A DNA stretch of 64,000 nt from a phage. The stretch lies in the sequence record PZ049694.1. One strand, given 5' to 3'. The position numbers and the translations under genes are program-made. Shown here one piece after another: positions 8,644-16,552 of this stretch (the stretch's first letter is position 1; every line of letters begins with the position of its first letter). The notes beneath the pieces were generated by a model, which saw only the letters and a list, made by a program, of their open reading frames with translations, did no database searches and was not told where the DNA came from.

Positions 8644-9657
8644 TTATTTATAGTAAGAATTATGATTTTCGAGATAGACTTGTTCAAGGAAGTCATCCCA
8701 GAAACTCATATCTACTTTTTGTTGCATACCGTTCTTGGCCGCTTGTTCTGACGCATGTTCAACTTGGTCAACGATATCTTCTAGGAATTCTTGTACAGTT
8801 TTAAACGTATGTTTACCAAGCTTAACATCGAGAATAAATGGAGCATCCTGAAGTGGGTAAACCAAGTCACCAGTTTTGTAAATTTCCAATAGTTGGAGTC
8901 CACCACGACAAGCATGACTTAGAGCTTTCCAGTCAATGCCCTCATTCGCTTCAGCCTTACGAGCACGTTCGCCATATTCAGCATCAAGTTTATTCAAAGA
9001 CTGCTTAAGCTCAATAAGAGAAAGTGTTGTCTGATATTTACGACCCAACACGGTATAGAACGTTTGCGGGCCTGTTTTCTCGTGGTTATGGAATACCCAT
9101 TCACAGAACTCGTTTTCAGGGAGTCTGTGTTTGATATCTTCTACCTTAGTACGACGAAGTCTATCAGGGATTCCTTCTTGATAGTCGACCCACTGGTCAG
9201 GGATTTGATTAACTACTTTCAATACATCACGTAATGCGGCCAAACGAGAACCCTTGACACCGTATTTAGAAGCTTGCTTGCGGACATATCCTAAATAGGA
9301 TTTCATGTTAGTTGTATAAAACCGTGAACGATTGTCTTGGATAAATTTCCATACATCAGGCAAATCAGATTTAACCACTAGTTCAGGCGGAGTGTGAAGC
9401 ATATCCAATGCTACAGTTTCACCATCTGCTGCTAATTTAAAGAAATACTTAAGACTGTACAGTTCATGGTCAATATCATCTTTGGTGTTTTTAGATGATG
9501 TGTTGTTAGTGTTTTTACTCATATGCTCTTTAACATTTCCGATAAGAATATCGCGAGCAGGAGGAACAAAGATTTCTTTAAAATCGACGTCAGATTCAGG
9601 AGTAGACGTTCCATAAAGGTGGCTACCAAAGTAGCCTTTCATAATTGTTTTCATCAT
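8644..9657 (-). CDS. nucleotidyltransferase-fold protein (Pol-beta superfamily), 337 aa
   Basis: N-terminal GSHLYGTSTPESDVDF matches the G[GS]x(9-13)Dx[DE] NTase signature; ATGA overlap with upstream membrane-protein gene. Confidence 0.65.
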   Translation of the reverse strand: MMKTIMKGYFGSHLYGTSTPESDVDFKEIFVPPARDILIGNVKEHMSKNTNNTSSKNTKDDIDHELYSLKYFFKLAADGETVALDMLHTPPELVVKSDLPDVWKFIQDNRSRFYTTNMKSYLGYVRKQASKYGVKGSRLAALRDVLKVVNQIPDQWVDYQEGIPDRLRRTKVEDIKHRLPENEFCEWVFHNHEKTGPQTFYTVLGRKYQTTLSLIELKQSLNKLDAEYGERARKAEANEGIDWKALSHACRGGLQLLEIYKTGDLVYPLQDAPFILDVKLGKHTFKTVQEFLEDIVDQVEHASEQAAKNGMQQKVDMSFWDDFLEQVYLENHNSYYK

Positions 9658-10127
9658 TTAGCCTTATATTCAAGAGTAGGACAGACTTTTTCTTTACGAG
9701 CTTTAAGGTATTCACCTATTAATGATTTCTTACGTTCAATAGGTCCAAGTCCATTTTTAATTCGTTCTTGGTTTTGTGCAATGAACTCAATTTCTTTATA
9801 ATATTTTCTGTCGTTATATTTGTCTAACAACCAAGACGGACCAATTACCAACCCGGCAGAAATAAAAGCCATGACTGCTACCATTAAAATGCCTACGCCA
9901 ATTGAGGCTGGAACTAATGTCCATAGACTGCTAAAAACAAAGAATCTAGTTAAAATTTCCTGGCCAATGATTGTTACTGCTGCTAAAATCGCAAATCCGA
10001 TAATTGAAACAGACAATACTGGGATTAACGTTTTCCAAAAATAAGCACACAACGTTTTAGGGCGATTCCATGTACTATTGAACGCGGCATAAATTTTAAA
10101 GTGCCAAGAGTTTTCATTGATAATCAT
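9654..10127 (-). CDS. multi-pass membrane protein, 157 aa
   Basis: two to three hydrophobic helices then a basic C-terminal tail; translationally coupled to the NTase-fold gene. Confidence 0.6.
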   Translation of the reverse strand: MIINENSWHFKIYAAFNSTWNRPKTLCAYFWKTLIPVLSVSIIGFAILAAVTIIGQEILTRFFVFSSLWTLVPASIGVGILMVAVMAFISAGLVIGPSWLLDKYNDRKYYKEIEFIAQNQERIKNGLGPIERKKSLIGEYLKARKEKVCPTLEYKAK

Positions 10128-10136
10128 AATAATTCC

Positions 10137-10664
10137 TTATTTCAAAGTCGGGATAATAGAATCAAGATAAGCTTTAAGAGCTACAGCTTCGTCTTTGGTA
10201 AATGTAGTAACATGTGAACGTAAATCATCATTTTGGCGAATAGTTACGACATCACCATCTTCATAAGAATTCATGACTGCCAAAGTCGTGGTATAGTTTG
10301 GAGCTATTGGATTAATAATGTAAGCACCACGACTGATACCCCATTTAAGTTTAGCCTTTTCAGGTGGTTCGGATTCCAAGAATTCTTTCACCTTAGCAAC
10401 GAATGTTTTCCAGTTATCGATAGAAAGGCATTTGTCTTCAGTTTCGATATTAGCACCGTTATAAAGCCCATGATAAAAACGAGCCTGAAGGTCTCCACCA
10501 ATATTAATTGCCGATGCATGACCAGGCGGATTGAGTTTCAAAATCTCGTCTAGTTCCATAGGACAAATAGTAATACCATCATCTTCCTGAGTCAGAACGT
10601 ATACATTACCACGTTTTTCGATAGTCAAATCACCGAACAGTTCGGTTGTTTCAATTACAGTTTT
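10137..10664 (-). CDS. hypothetical protein, 175 aa (start at MKTVIETT)
   Basis: ORF; start trimmed to the ATG following the upstream stop. Confidence 0.55.
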   Translation of the reverse strand, partial: KTVIETTELFGDLTIEKRGNVYVLTQEDDGITICPMELDEILKLNPPGHASAINIGGDLQARFYHGLYNGANIETEDKCLSIDNWKTFVAKVKEFLESEPPEKAKLKWGISRGAYIINPIAPNYTTTLAVMNSYEDGDVVTIRQNDDLRSHVTTFTKDEAVALKAYLDSIIPTLK

Positions 10665-10668
10665 CATA

Positions 10669-10848
10669 TTATTCACCAATTAAAGTTTCAACAAAATTCA
10701 CCAAATCATTCTGACGAGAATCAACTTGTTTTTCATAAAAGTCTCCACAGTCATTTACTGCATGATAAGCTACATCATTTAAATCTGAATCAGCTTCACG
10801 TAAGTCATGGATAAGGTCCATCAATTTATTAGCTTGTTCACGGGTCAT
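10669..10848 (-). CDS. small protein, 59 aa (not in ORF track)
   Basis: MTREQANKLMDLIHDLREADSDLNDVAYHAVNDCGDFYEKQVDSRQNDLVNFVETLIGE; ATG overlaps the TGA of the upstream micro-ORF. Confidence 0.4.
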   Translation of the reverse strand: MTREQANKLMDLIHDLREADSDLNDVAYHAVNDCGDFYEKQVDSRQNDLVNFVETLIGE

Positions 10849-10955
10849 TTTACCATACTCGTTTCAATAAGATTCACTATGCCGTTTACCATGTTATAAG
10901 TAAACATCGGATAATTGTATTGTACTACAACATAAGCGATAAGCAAAAGTTTCAT
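10845..10955 (-). CDS. hydrophobic micro-ORF, 36 aa
   Basis: GGAGAACAAA then ATG; MKLLLIAYVVVQYNYPMFTYNMVNGIVNLIETSMVK; ATGA-coupled to next ORF. Confidence 0.3.
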   Translation of the reverse strand: MKLLLIAYVVVQYNYPMFTYNMVNGIVNLIETSMVK

Positions 10956-10974
10956 TTTGTTCTCCGTTTGTTTT

Positions 10975-11013
10975 GATAGGACTACTATAACATAGTCCTA
11001 CCAAGATGTAAAC
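10975..11013 (-). promoter_or_regulatory. PeSL-like early promoter (GTTTAC -35, TGnTATAGT -10) with 10-bp inverted repeat around the -10
   Basis: gataggacta...tagtcctatc arms flank the -10; -35 abuts the upstream stop codon. Confidence 0.5.
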
Positions 11014-11249
11014 TACCGATTGTGTTTTAAATGTTGATAAAGTTCTTCAACTTGTTTAGGGTCCAAAACAATTAGGTCATTTTCTTGGCGAAGATAAATC
11101 CATCCCTTATCCCCAGGACCATTTTTACAAAACATCACCGTCGTCATATCGTCATCTTCAGCGCTTTCAGGTAAAAGTTCAAGTACACCGTCTTCAGATT
11201 TTCCAGTATAATCGTAAAGCATAATATCCTCACATAATCTCGTTAACAT
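11013..11249 (-). CDS. hypothetical acidic protein, 78 aa
   Basis: ORF in early chain. Confidence 0.5.
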   Translation of the reverse strand: MLTRLCEDIMLYDYTGKSEDGVLELLPESAEDDDMTTVMFCKNGPGDKGWIYLRQENDLIVLDPKQVEELYQHLKHNR

Positions 11250-11409
11250 ACATTTGCAATTCGGAGTGGGCTTCGGCCATCTTTTTCATAGCTCTGTTAA
11301 TGTCGATGTCTCCATCTTCGCAACCATGAGCATTTTCCCAATCAGATACCGCATTAGCGTACTCTTCAATCAAAAACATTAACTTAGAAATTTTTTCTTT
11401 ACGTGACAT
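11230..11409 (-). CDS. hypothetical protein, 59 aa (start at MSRKEKISKL)
   Basis: track ORF runs through the promoter/terminator; internal ATG has a GAGGAG Shine-Dalgarno. Confidence 0.5.
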   Translation of the reverse strand: MSRKEKISKLMFLIEEYANAVSDWENAHGCEDGDIDINRAMKKMAEAHSELQMYVNEIM

Positions 11410-11413
11410 AACG

Positions 11414-11465
11414 TTCTCCTCTAGTAAGTAAGGACTACTATAACACAACCTGAGGAGAAGTAAAC
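11414..11465 (-). promoter_or_regulatory. PeSL-like early promoter whose hairpin pairs the downstream Shine-Dalgarno
   Basis: GTTTAC, 17-nt spacer, TATAGT; spacer arm ttctcctc pairs with gaggagaa (the Shine-Dalgarno of 11230..11409). Confidence 0.5.
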
Positions 11466-11473
11466 TGATAGAT

Positions 11474-11505
11474 GCCAAAAAGCCCCAACCATAAGGAAGG
11501 GGCTA
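11474..11505 (-). terminator. rho-independent terminator after rI
   Basis: minus strand agcccc-ttccttatggtt-ggggct then TTTTT; near-copy of the terminator at 27324..27355. Confidence 0.65.
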
Positions 11506-11510
11506 GTAAA

Positions 11511-11813
11511 TTAGATAGATGTAGGCTCTAATTTTATTTTCATGAACTCGGCAAATTGTCTGGCAGTTTTTATGCCTTGTTCATGACATTCAAATGCATC
11601 ATCACAGGGGCTATTTTTGTAATGCTTTACCATATACTTATAGAATTTTTCAGAATTCTCGACATTTTGAATTTCAAACAAAGTATATACGTTTTTAATC
11701 CCTGATTCCATAAAGTTGTCAAAATATGGGTCGGTGTACGCAGTACCAACGATAGGAGTTGTTGCTGCAAAAAACCCCAGCATCGCCATGACAGCTATCG
11801 CTCTTAAGGCCAT
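11511..11813 (-). CDS. rI: lysis-inhibition regulator (antiholin) rI
   Basis: signal-anchor N-terminus and DP.FD.FMESGI..VY.LFE...E.S..FY.......KN.PC...FEC...G motif matching recalled T4 rI; sits next to tk as in T4. Confidence 0.85.
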   Translation of the reverse strand: MALRAIAVMAMLGFFAATTPIVGTAYTDPYFDNFMESGIKNVYTLFEIQNVENSEKFYKYMVKHYKNSPCDDAFECHEQGIKTARQFAEFMKIKLEPTSI

Positions 11814-11825
11814 ATAGGCCTCCTG

Positions 11826-12038
11826 TTAATTTTGGCCAGTATTTATTTTTCGCCTTTGGACGGCCTTAACATCTGTGAGGTATTTTTCCAGCTTGCGCTT
11901 GCGTGTATAATCAGCTTTAGAACCAGTTTGACGGATATCCTCGTTTAAATGAGAAATAGAATGTCCTAATTCTCTTCGGATTTCATCCAGTTGGGTTACA
12001 GTAAGATTACGAAGTTGTCTTTCGTTTAATTGCTGCAT
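11826..12038 (-). CDS. hypothetical basic protein, 70 aa
   Basis: ORF between tk and rI. Confidence 0.5.
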   Translation of the reverse strand: MQQLNERQLRNLTVTQLDEIRRELGHSISHLNEDIRQTGSKADYTRKRKLEKYLTDVKAVQRRKINTGQN

Positions 12039-12065
12039 ATATACCTCTTGGTTAGATATTAGTAT

Positions 12066-12647
12066 TTATAACAACCCTGTCAAATCATTCCAATGCTTCC
12101 GGCATAATGACACATATCTATCAGTATCACCAATTTCAATTTGACTGCCATCTGTAATTGGAAGTCCGTCTTCCGTGACTCTAGCTACCATTGTGGCCTT
12201 TTTACCGCAATGACAGACACCTTTAAGTTCAACAAGCTTATCGGCAATAGCCATTAATGCTTGAGAACCTTCAAATAGATTACCTTTAAAATCTGTTCGT
12301 AGTCCATATGCCATTACCGGCACATTGTATACGTCAACAATACGACTAAGTTGATACACCTTTTCAGTAGTTAAGAATTGAGCTTCGTCAACAAATACAC
12401 AATGAATATCCTTTTGTGCTGCAGCCCATTTATAGAATTCAAAGATATCCATGTCTTTTGTAATTATATTGGCGTCCTGACGAATACCAATACGAGAGAC
12501 TATTTCACCTTTTGAATCGCGAGTATCAATAGCCGGTTTAAGAACTAATACACCCATGCCACGTTCTTTATAGTTATGTGCGGCTGTAAGTAATGAAGCA
12601 GACTTACCAGCGTTCATAGCGGCATATGTAAAAATTAAACTAGCCAT
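12066..12647 (-). CDS. tk: thymidine kinase
   Basis: 193 aa; P-loop MNAGKS, VDEAQF, CxCG zinc motif; matches recalled T4 tk. Confidence 0.9.
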   Translation of the reverse strand: MASLIFTYAAMNAGKSASLLTAAHNYKERGMGVLVLKPAIDTRDSKGEIVSRIGIRQDANIITKDMDIFEFYKWAAAQKDIHCVFVDEAQFLTTEKVYQLSRIVDVYNVPVMAYGLRTDFKGNLFEGSQALMAIADKLVELKGVCHCGKKATMVARVTEDGLPITDGSQIEIGDTDRYVSLCRKHWNDLTGLL

Positions 12648-12837
12648 AAGAGTCCTTAGTTAAATTTTCTAAATATGTTTCTAAATCATTTTCGGCTTTA
12701 TCGATAGATTTTACTAATTCGTAGTATGTTTCAGCATCTCCATAATCCGAAGCCAATTCAAAAGATAAATCTCGTTCTAAACTAATAATTTCGCTGATTA
12801 AAAATCGTATTTCATTCTTTTGTTCGCGAGTAATCAT
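12640..12837 (-). CDS. hypothetical acidic protein, 65 aa
   Basis: ORF; overlapping stop/start with neighbours. Confidence 0.5.
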   Translation of the reverse strand: MITREQKNEIRFLISEIISLERDLSFELASDYGDAETYYELVKSIDKAENDLETYLENLTKDSYG

Positions 12838-13040
12838 AAGGAATTTATATAATCAATAAGTTCTTGTTCTTTATCGTCGAAATCTTTACACAGTTCTTCG
12901 TATTCGTCGGTATTAAAAGGACCGCATTCATCGCAAACTTTTTCCAATTCACTATTTTTATCCATAACTTCGTGAATAAGAGAAAACAGTCTGTCTTTTT
13001 GTTCTTTACTTAAACTCATAACCATGTCACCTTTAAGCAA
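12834..13040 (-). CDS. hypothetical acidic protein, 68 aa
   Basis: ORF. Confidence 0.5.
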   Translation of the reverse strand: MLKGDMVMSLSKEQKDRLFSLIHEVMDKNSELEKVCDECGPFNTDEYEELCKDFDDKEQELIDYINSL

Positions 13041-13243
13041 TATTCTTCTACATGTTGTTTACGGCCTTTCTTATCGATAAAAGTATATTCAACGAATGTT
13101 CCGATGTAGTCTTTATCTACATCATGTGGACTATTAATTGGACATTTGGTACGACAAATGCGTTCCCATTGACGAATAATTACTGCCTTATTCTTTGGGT
13201 CATATGGATGTGGATAATGTATATTCATAATAATGGTTCCCAA
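13016..13243 (-). CDS. hypothetical protein, 75 aa
   Basis: ORF. Confidence 0.45.
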   Translation of the reverse strand: MGTIIMNIHYPHPYDPKNKAVIIRQWERICRTKCPINSPHDVDKDYIGTFVEYTFIDKKGRKQHVEEYCLKVTWL

Positions 13244-13722
13244 TCAACAATCACAATTTCTAGTTTAGTGGAATACGTATCTAAAATCTCTTCGATGACA
13301 TCCCAGTTTCCACCACCAATACCTGCACCAATTCTTGGCATATAAATTACAGGCTTTGTTATCTTATTCTTTCCGAATTCATTTAATTCTATTATACAAT
13401 TCATTAAAGCATAGTACTCAAAATTAGGTCCCGGCTCAAACTGTGTATAAAGATTAAAGCAATAAGCTTTATGGGTCTTAAAATATTTTTCATAAACCGA
13501 ATAAGTCCCGAGTTTAGACTTGTCTCCGAATTCGGTTTGAAGTTTATCGGCTTCTAAAATTTTTGGATAAGCCTTTGCTAATTGTCCTGCCACACCAGCG
13601 CCCATTGTATGAAAACAATTACACCCATGAGCAATATTATTACCTTTAGAAAACAGGGCGACAATATCGCCCTTGATATAGTTTTTAATCACTTGCTGCA
13701 AGTCCTCTAGTATAAGAGTCAA
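13225..13722 (-). CDS. macro-domain protein (ADP-ribose binding/processing fold), 165 aa
   Basis: GDIV...NIAHGCNCFHTMGAGVAGQL resembles the macro N..GGGV.A motif; second glycine-rich loop PRIGAGIGGG. Confidence 0.6.
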   Translation of the reverse strand: MTLILEDLQQVIKNYIKGDIVALFSKGNNIAHGCNCFHTMGAGVAGQLAKAYPKILEADKLQTEFGDKSKLGTYSVYEKYFKTHKAYCFNLYTQFEPGPNFEYYALMNCIIELNEFGKNKITKPVIYMPRIGAGIGGGNWDVIEEILDTYSTKLEIVIVDWEPLL

Positions 13723-14032
13723 CTAGACGGTCCACCATAGAATTGCATGCTGCCTTATCTTTAGGTTCCGCCACCGAGCATTCTAATATTTGCCATTTTT
13801 TATAGTATCTTTTAATTAAGGTAGACGCCTTGAACCTACTAGACGCCCCATCTTTTTCTCCGTCTTTATACGCATATAACAATTTTTGTGAAAAATCTAC
13901 TTTACACTCTTGACTTTGACCACAATAATCAGATGCCGTTCTGTTTGTATACTCCGTTACATCAGTATATGTAGTATTAGCAAGAGCGTTAAATGAAACC
14001 AAGCCAACTATTAAAGCCAACATTTTGGTCAT
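13685..14032 (-). CDS. secreted Cys-containing protein with signal peptide, 115 aa
   Basis: MTKMLALIVGLVSFNALA signal peptide; four Cys. Confidence 0.55.
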   Translation of the reverse strand: MTKMLALIVGLVSFNALANTTYTDVTEYTNRTASDYCGQSQECKVDFSQKLLYAYKDGEKDGASSRFKASTLIKRYYKKWQILECSVAEPKDKAACNSMVDRLVDSYTRGLAASD

Positions 14033-14571
14033 TCTTTTATTTCCAGTAGTTTGTTTGATTTAAGGTAATTAGCCTTTTCTAGGACTTCAGAAGCATATTT
14101 ACTTCCAGCACTCGTCTTCCATCCCGCATTATATGAGGATATAGCTTTTCTTATATCCCCGTTATGTATATTTAACCAATAAGAAAATTCGATATAAGCC
14201 CATCTGGCTGAATTAGACCGCTTAGATAGCATTTTCTTAATTTGGGCATCAGACATATTATAACCAAGCCGGTTAATTCTTGCCCTCATTGTTGGTAGAT
14301 AATTTTGGAACATTCCATACGCATGGTGACCTTTCTTATCTTTAAGATTAATACCGGCAGATGATTCCTGCCATAGTATTGCGGCCATTATGTATCCAAG
14401 TCCTTTCTTATGCATATTTTCATGCGTTTTAAATTTTCCATCCTTAGAAAACTGTTCCCCAAACTGATAAGCATAATTCAAGTTATCGAGTTGGACATTA
14501 CTAAAAGTATGCTCGGAGCTATGTGCTGATAACGAAAGAGCAAATAGACCAGCGAGTAGTGCTTTTCTCAT
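14029..14571 (-). CDS. periplasmic lytic transglycosylase (SLT domain) with signal peptide
   Basis: signal peptide; SLT motifs QESSAG (catalytic Glu-Ser), GMFQ, SYNAGW. Confidence 0.65.
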   Translation of the reverse strand: MRKALLAGLFALSLSAHSSEHTFSNVQLDNLNYAYQFGEQFSKDGKFKTHENMHKKGLGYIMAAILWQESSAGINLKDKKGHHAYGMFQNYLPTMRARINRLGYNMSDAQIKKMLSKRSNSARWAYIEFSYWLNIHNGDIRKAISSYNAGWKTSAGSKYASEVLEKANYLKSNKLLEIKE

Positions 14572-14579
14572 GTTTACCT

Positions 14580-15038
14580 CTAGATTTTAATCACTGCTTT
14601 AGAAGCTTTTCCTGGTAGTCGTTTACTGTTAATAATAGCCATTCTGCATTGAAGAGTCTTCATTTTGAATGCTGGATTTTCGCGACAAACTGTAAGTCCT
14701 AGCCAAAGATTTCCATCAGTTATTTCTAAACGGCCTGGACGATATTCGACACCTTCGACAAAATCTTCATCAACATCTGGACGTGCCGGCATTGATAAAA
14801 ATTCTGCAACTTCTTTAACATGATTTTTTACTTTACGAAATAATTCAAAAACGTAGTTCTCATCTATTTCTCTCTGGATAGCACGATCTAAGAGATGTTG
14901 AGAATACTTGATATGAAAGCCTGGTAGTCCAAGAGACTTTGCAGCATCTTTTATACCGGCATTTATTTTGCGGAACTCCGTTTCAAAGATTCGACGGAGT
15001 TTATTACGGCGGATAAAAACGTCAGAATTGATAGTCAT
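14580..15038 (-). CDS. regB: RegB site-specific endoribonuclease
   Basis: 152 aa; MTIN..VFIRRNKLRR.FE.EFR.IN...KYSQHLLDRAIQREIDE.YVFELF...RLPGKASKAVIK matches recalled T4 RegB. Confidence 0.88.
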   Translation of the reverse strand: MTINSDVFIRRNKLRRIFETEFRKINAGIKDAAKSLGLPGFHIKYSQHLLDRAIQREIDENYVFELFRKVKNHVKEVAEFLSMPARPDVDEDFVEGVEYRPGRLEITDGNLWLGLTVCRENPAFKMKTLQCRMAIINSKRLPGKASKAVIKI

Positions 15039-15046
15039 TTTTGATT

Positions 15047-15096
15047 TCTCCTCTAGTTGACAGGTCTATAGTAACACAACTAGAGGAGAAGTAAAC
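15047..15096 (-). promoter_or_regulatory. PeSL-like early promoter with 13-bp stem pairing the regB Shine-Dalgarno
   Basis: GTTTAC, 17 nt, TACTAT; arms tctcctctagttg / caactagaggaga; the 3' arm holds the regB GAGGAG. Confidence 0.55.
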
Positions 15097-15437
15097 TACT
15101 CTTTGAAAGGAATTAACTTTTTAACTGCTTTAGATACTTCGTCACGAACCTGGTGGAAGTTCTTGAGCTGTTCAAGGCGTTGTTCGTAATACGCAATCTC
15201 ATCTTCTTCAAGACAATCGTCAGCGTCTTCTTTCAGATATGCCTTGTACTCATTAAAGAGGGCCCATAGGCGATTCTCAAAGTCATCAAGGCTTTGAATT
15301 TTCTTGTGCTTCGGAACAAGGCCAAAAGGATTGCTTTCAGTTATGCGTCGAGATGCTTCATAATGAGTTCCAAAGCCTGATAGGATTTGAGCCATTAGTA
15401 TTTTTCCTCTGGTCGAAATACCGCACGGCATGCCCAC
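15096..15437 (-). CDS. hypothetical protein, about 100-113 aa
   Basis: ORF; start uncertain (possibly MAQILSGF). Confidence 0.5.
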   Translation of the reverse strand: MGMPCGISTRGKILMAQILSGFGTHYEASRRITESNPFGLVPKHKKIQSLDDFENRLWALFNEYKAYLKEDADDCLEEDEIAYYEQRLEQLKNFHQVRDEVSKAVKKLIPFKE

Positions 15438-15661
15438 ATGCTGGCTTCTTTTAGATGTTGCTTAGCATACTTAAGAGCCTGCACTGCATCCATATCTTCT
15501 TTGGTTTGTTGCTCTGATTCATTTTCTTTCAAGATATATGCTTCTTCAATCAGAGCATCAAACATCAATCCAAGACGGACTTCTGCGTCTTTAATAGCGT
15601 TCACTTTACTGATTTTATCATCGGTATGTGGCTTGTAGCCTTTGATGTCTTCAATCGACAT
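15395..15661 (-). CDS. hypothetical protein, about 88 aa (start MSIEDIKGY)
   Basis: internal ATG with GAGGA Shine-Dalgarno; upstream part of track ORF overlaps the preceding gene. Confidence 0.4.
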   Translation of the reverse strand: MSIEDIKGYKPHTDDKISKVNAIKDAEVRLGLMFDALIEEAYILKENESEQQTKEDMDAVQALKYAKQHLKEASMWACRAVFRPEEKY

Positions 15662-15875
15662 AAGGAATTTCCTCATCGGTGGCAAGGTCATATTCAACCA
15701 ATTGGATAGGCTCATTAATACCATATCCGCGTACAGTGATATCAGTTGTCGGATATTTTCCAGTAATATCACCCGTTCTAAATGCTTCAATGAATGATTG
15801 CTCGCCTGAGCAACTAAACCAGGCGGCAAAACATTTTAAAACATCTTCGGACCCTTCTATAATCAATTTAGCCAT
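15651..15875 (-). CDS. hypothetical acidic protein, 74 aa
   Basis: ORF; start overlaps the GrcA-like stop. Confidence 0.5.
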   Translation of the reverse strand: MAKLIIEGSEDVLKCFAAWFSCSGEQSFIEAFRTGDITGKYPTTDITVRGYGINEPIQLVEYDLATDEEIPYVD

Positions 15876-16237
15876 TATAGACTCTCAGTAAAGGTGCGAG
15901 CGATAACGTCGCGCTGCTGTTCCGGAGTCAGAGAGTTAAAGCGAACTGCATAACCAGATACACGGATGGTCAGCTGCGGATATTTTTCAGGATGCTTAAC
16001 TGCATCTTCCAGAGTTTCACGACGCAGAACGTTAACGTTCAGGTGTTGACCACCTTCAATTTTAACTTTAGGTTGTTGTTCAATTTCAATTTCACGAGCA
16101 TTCAAACCGTAGAAAATTTCCGGGTCTACAATATCGTCTTCTTTAAAAGTCTTAGAGACAATAATCCGGGCTTGAATACCGTCTTCAAAATAAATAGTGC
16201 CTTTATGTGCACCTTCAAGAATTTGATATGCTTTCAT
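15875..16237 (-). CDS. grcA: GrcA-like autonomous glycyl-radical cofactor (PFL C-terminal domain homolog)
   Basis: 120 aa; glycyl-radical signature RVSGYAVRF; C-terminal half matches recalled E. coli GrcA/YfiD ([45 protein letters not shown]). Confidence 0.8.
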   Translation of the reverse strand: MKAYQILEGAHKGTIYFEDGIQARIIVSKTFKEDDIVDPEIFYGLNAREIEIEQQPKVKIEGGQHLNVNVLRRETLEDAVKHPEKYPQLTIRVSGYAVRFNSLTPEQQRDVIARTFTESL

Positions 16238-16243
16238 ATAACC

Positions 16244-16552
16244 TCAATTAGAAAATAAATTTATCCAAGATTTTTCTTTAATCAAAAATGGGTCGGAATT
16301 AAACGCCATTAAACTTTGAGTAATTAATCCCTTAAATGGTCCATCAATAAATTCCATTTTGAAATGCGGAATACTAGTCATCAACCGTGCATTAGGAGCA
16401 GTACAAAGAACCTGCTGACCTGCGAATGGACCTTTAGTCAAACGATATCGTTTAGGTTTAAAATGGTAAATCTCGTAATTTTCTACAAGAGCCCTTTTAT
16501 TGCATACTGGACTGTTATAACAATACTCAAAAACTTCAATAGTGGTCATCAT
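16244..16552 (-). CDS. hypothetical Cys-containing protein, 102 aa (start MMTTIEVF)
   Basis: ATGATG start overlaps the upstream TGA (ATGA coupling). Confidence 0.5.
   Translation of the reverse strand: MMTTIEVFEYCYNSPVCNKRALVENYEIYHFKPKRYRLTKGPFAGQQVLCTAPNARLMTSIPHFKMEFIDGPFKGLITQSLMAFNSDPFLIKEKSWINLFSN

Noticed and set aside
8644-10127. Calling the NTase plus membrane protein pair a CBASS-like defence operon
   Set aside because: Only the minimal NTase signature is visible; no recognisable effector domain or accessory genes, and gene order is atypical. Kept as an open candidate, not a call.
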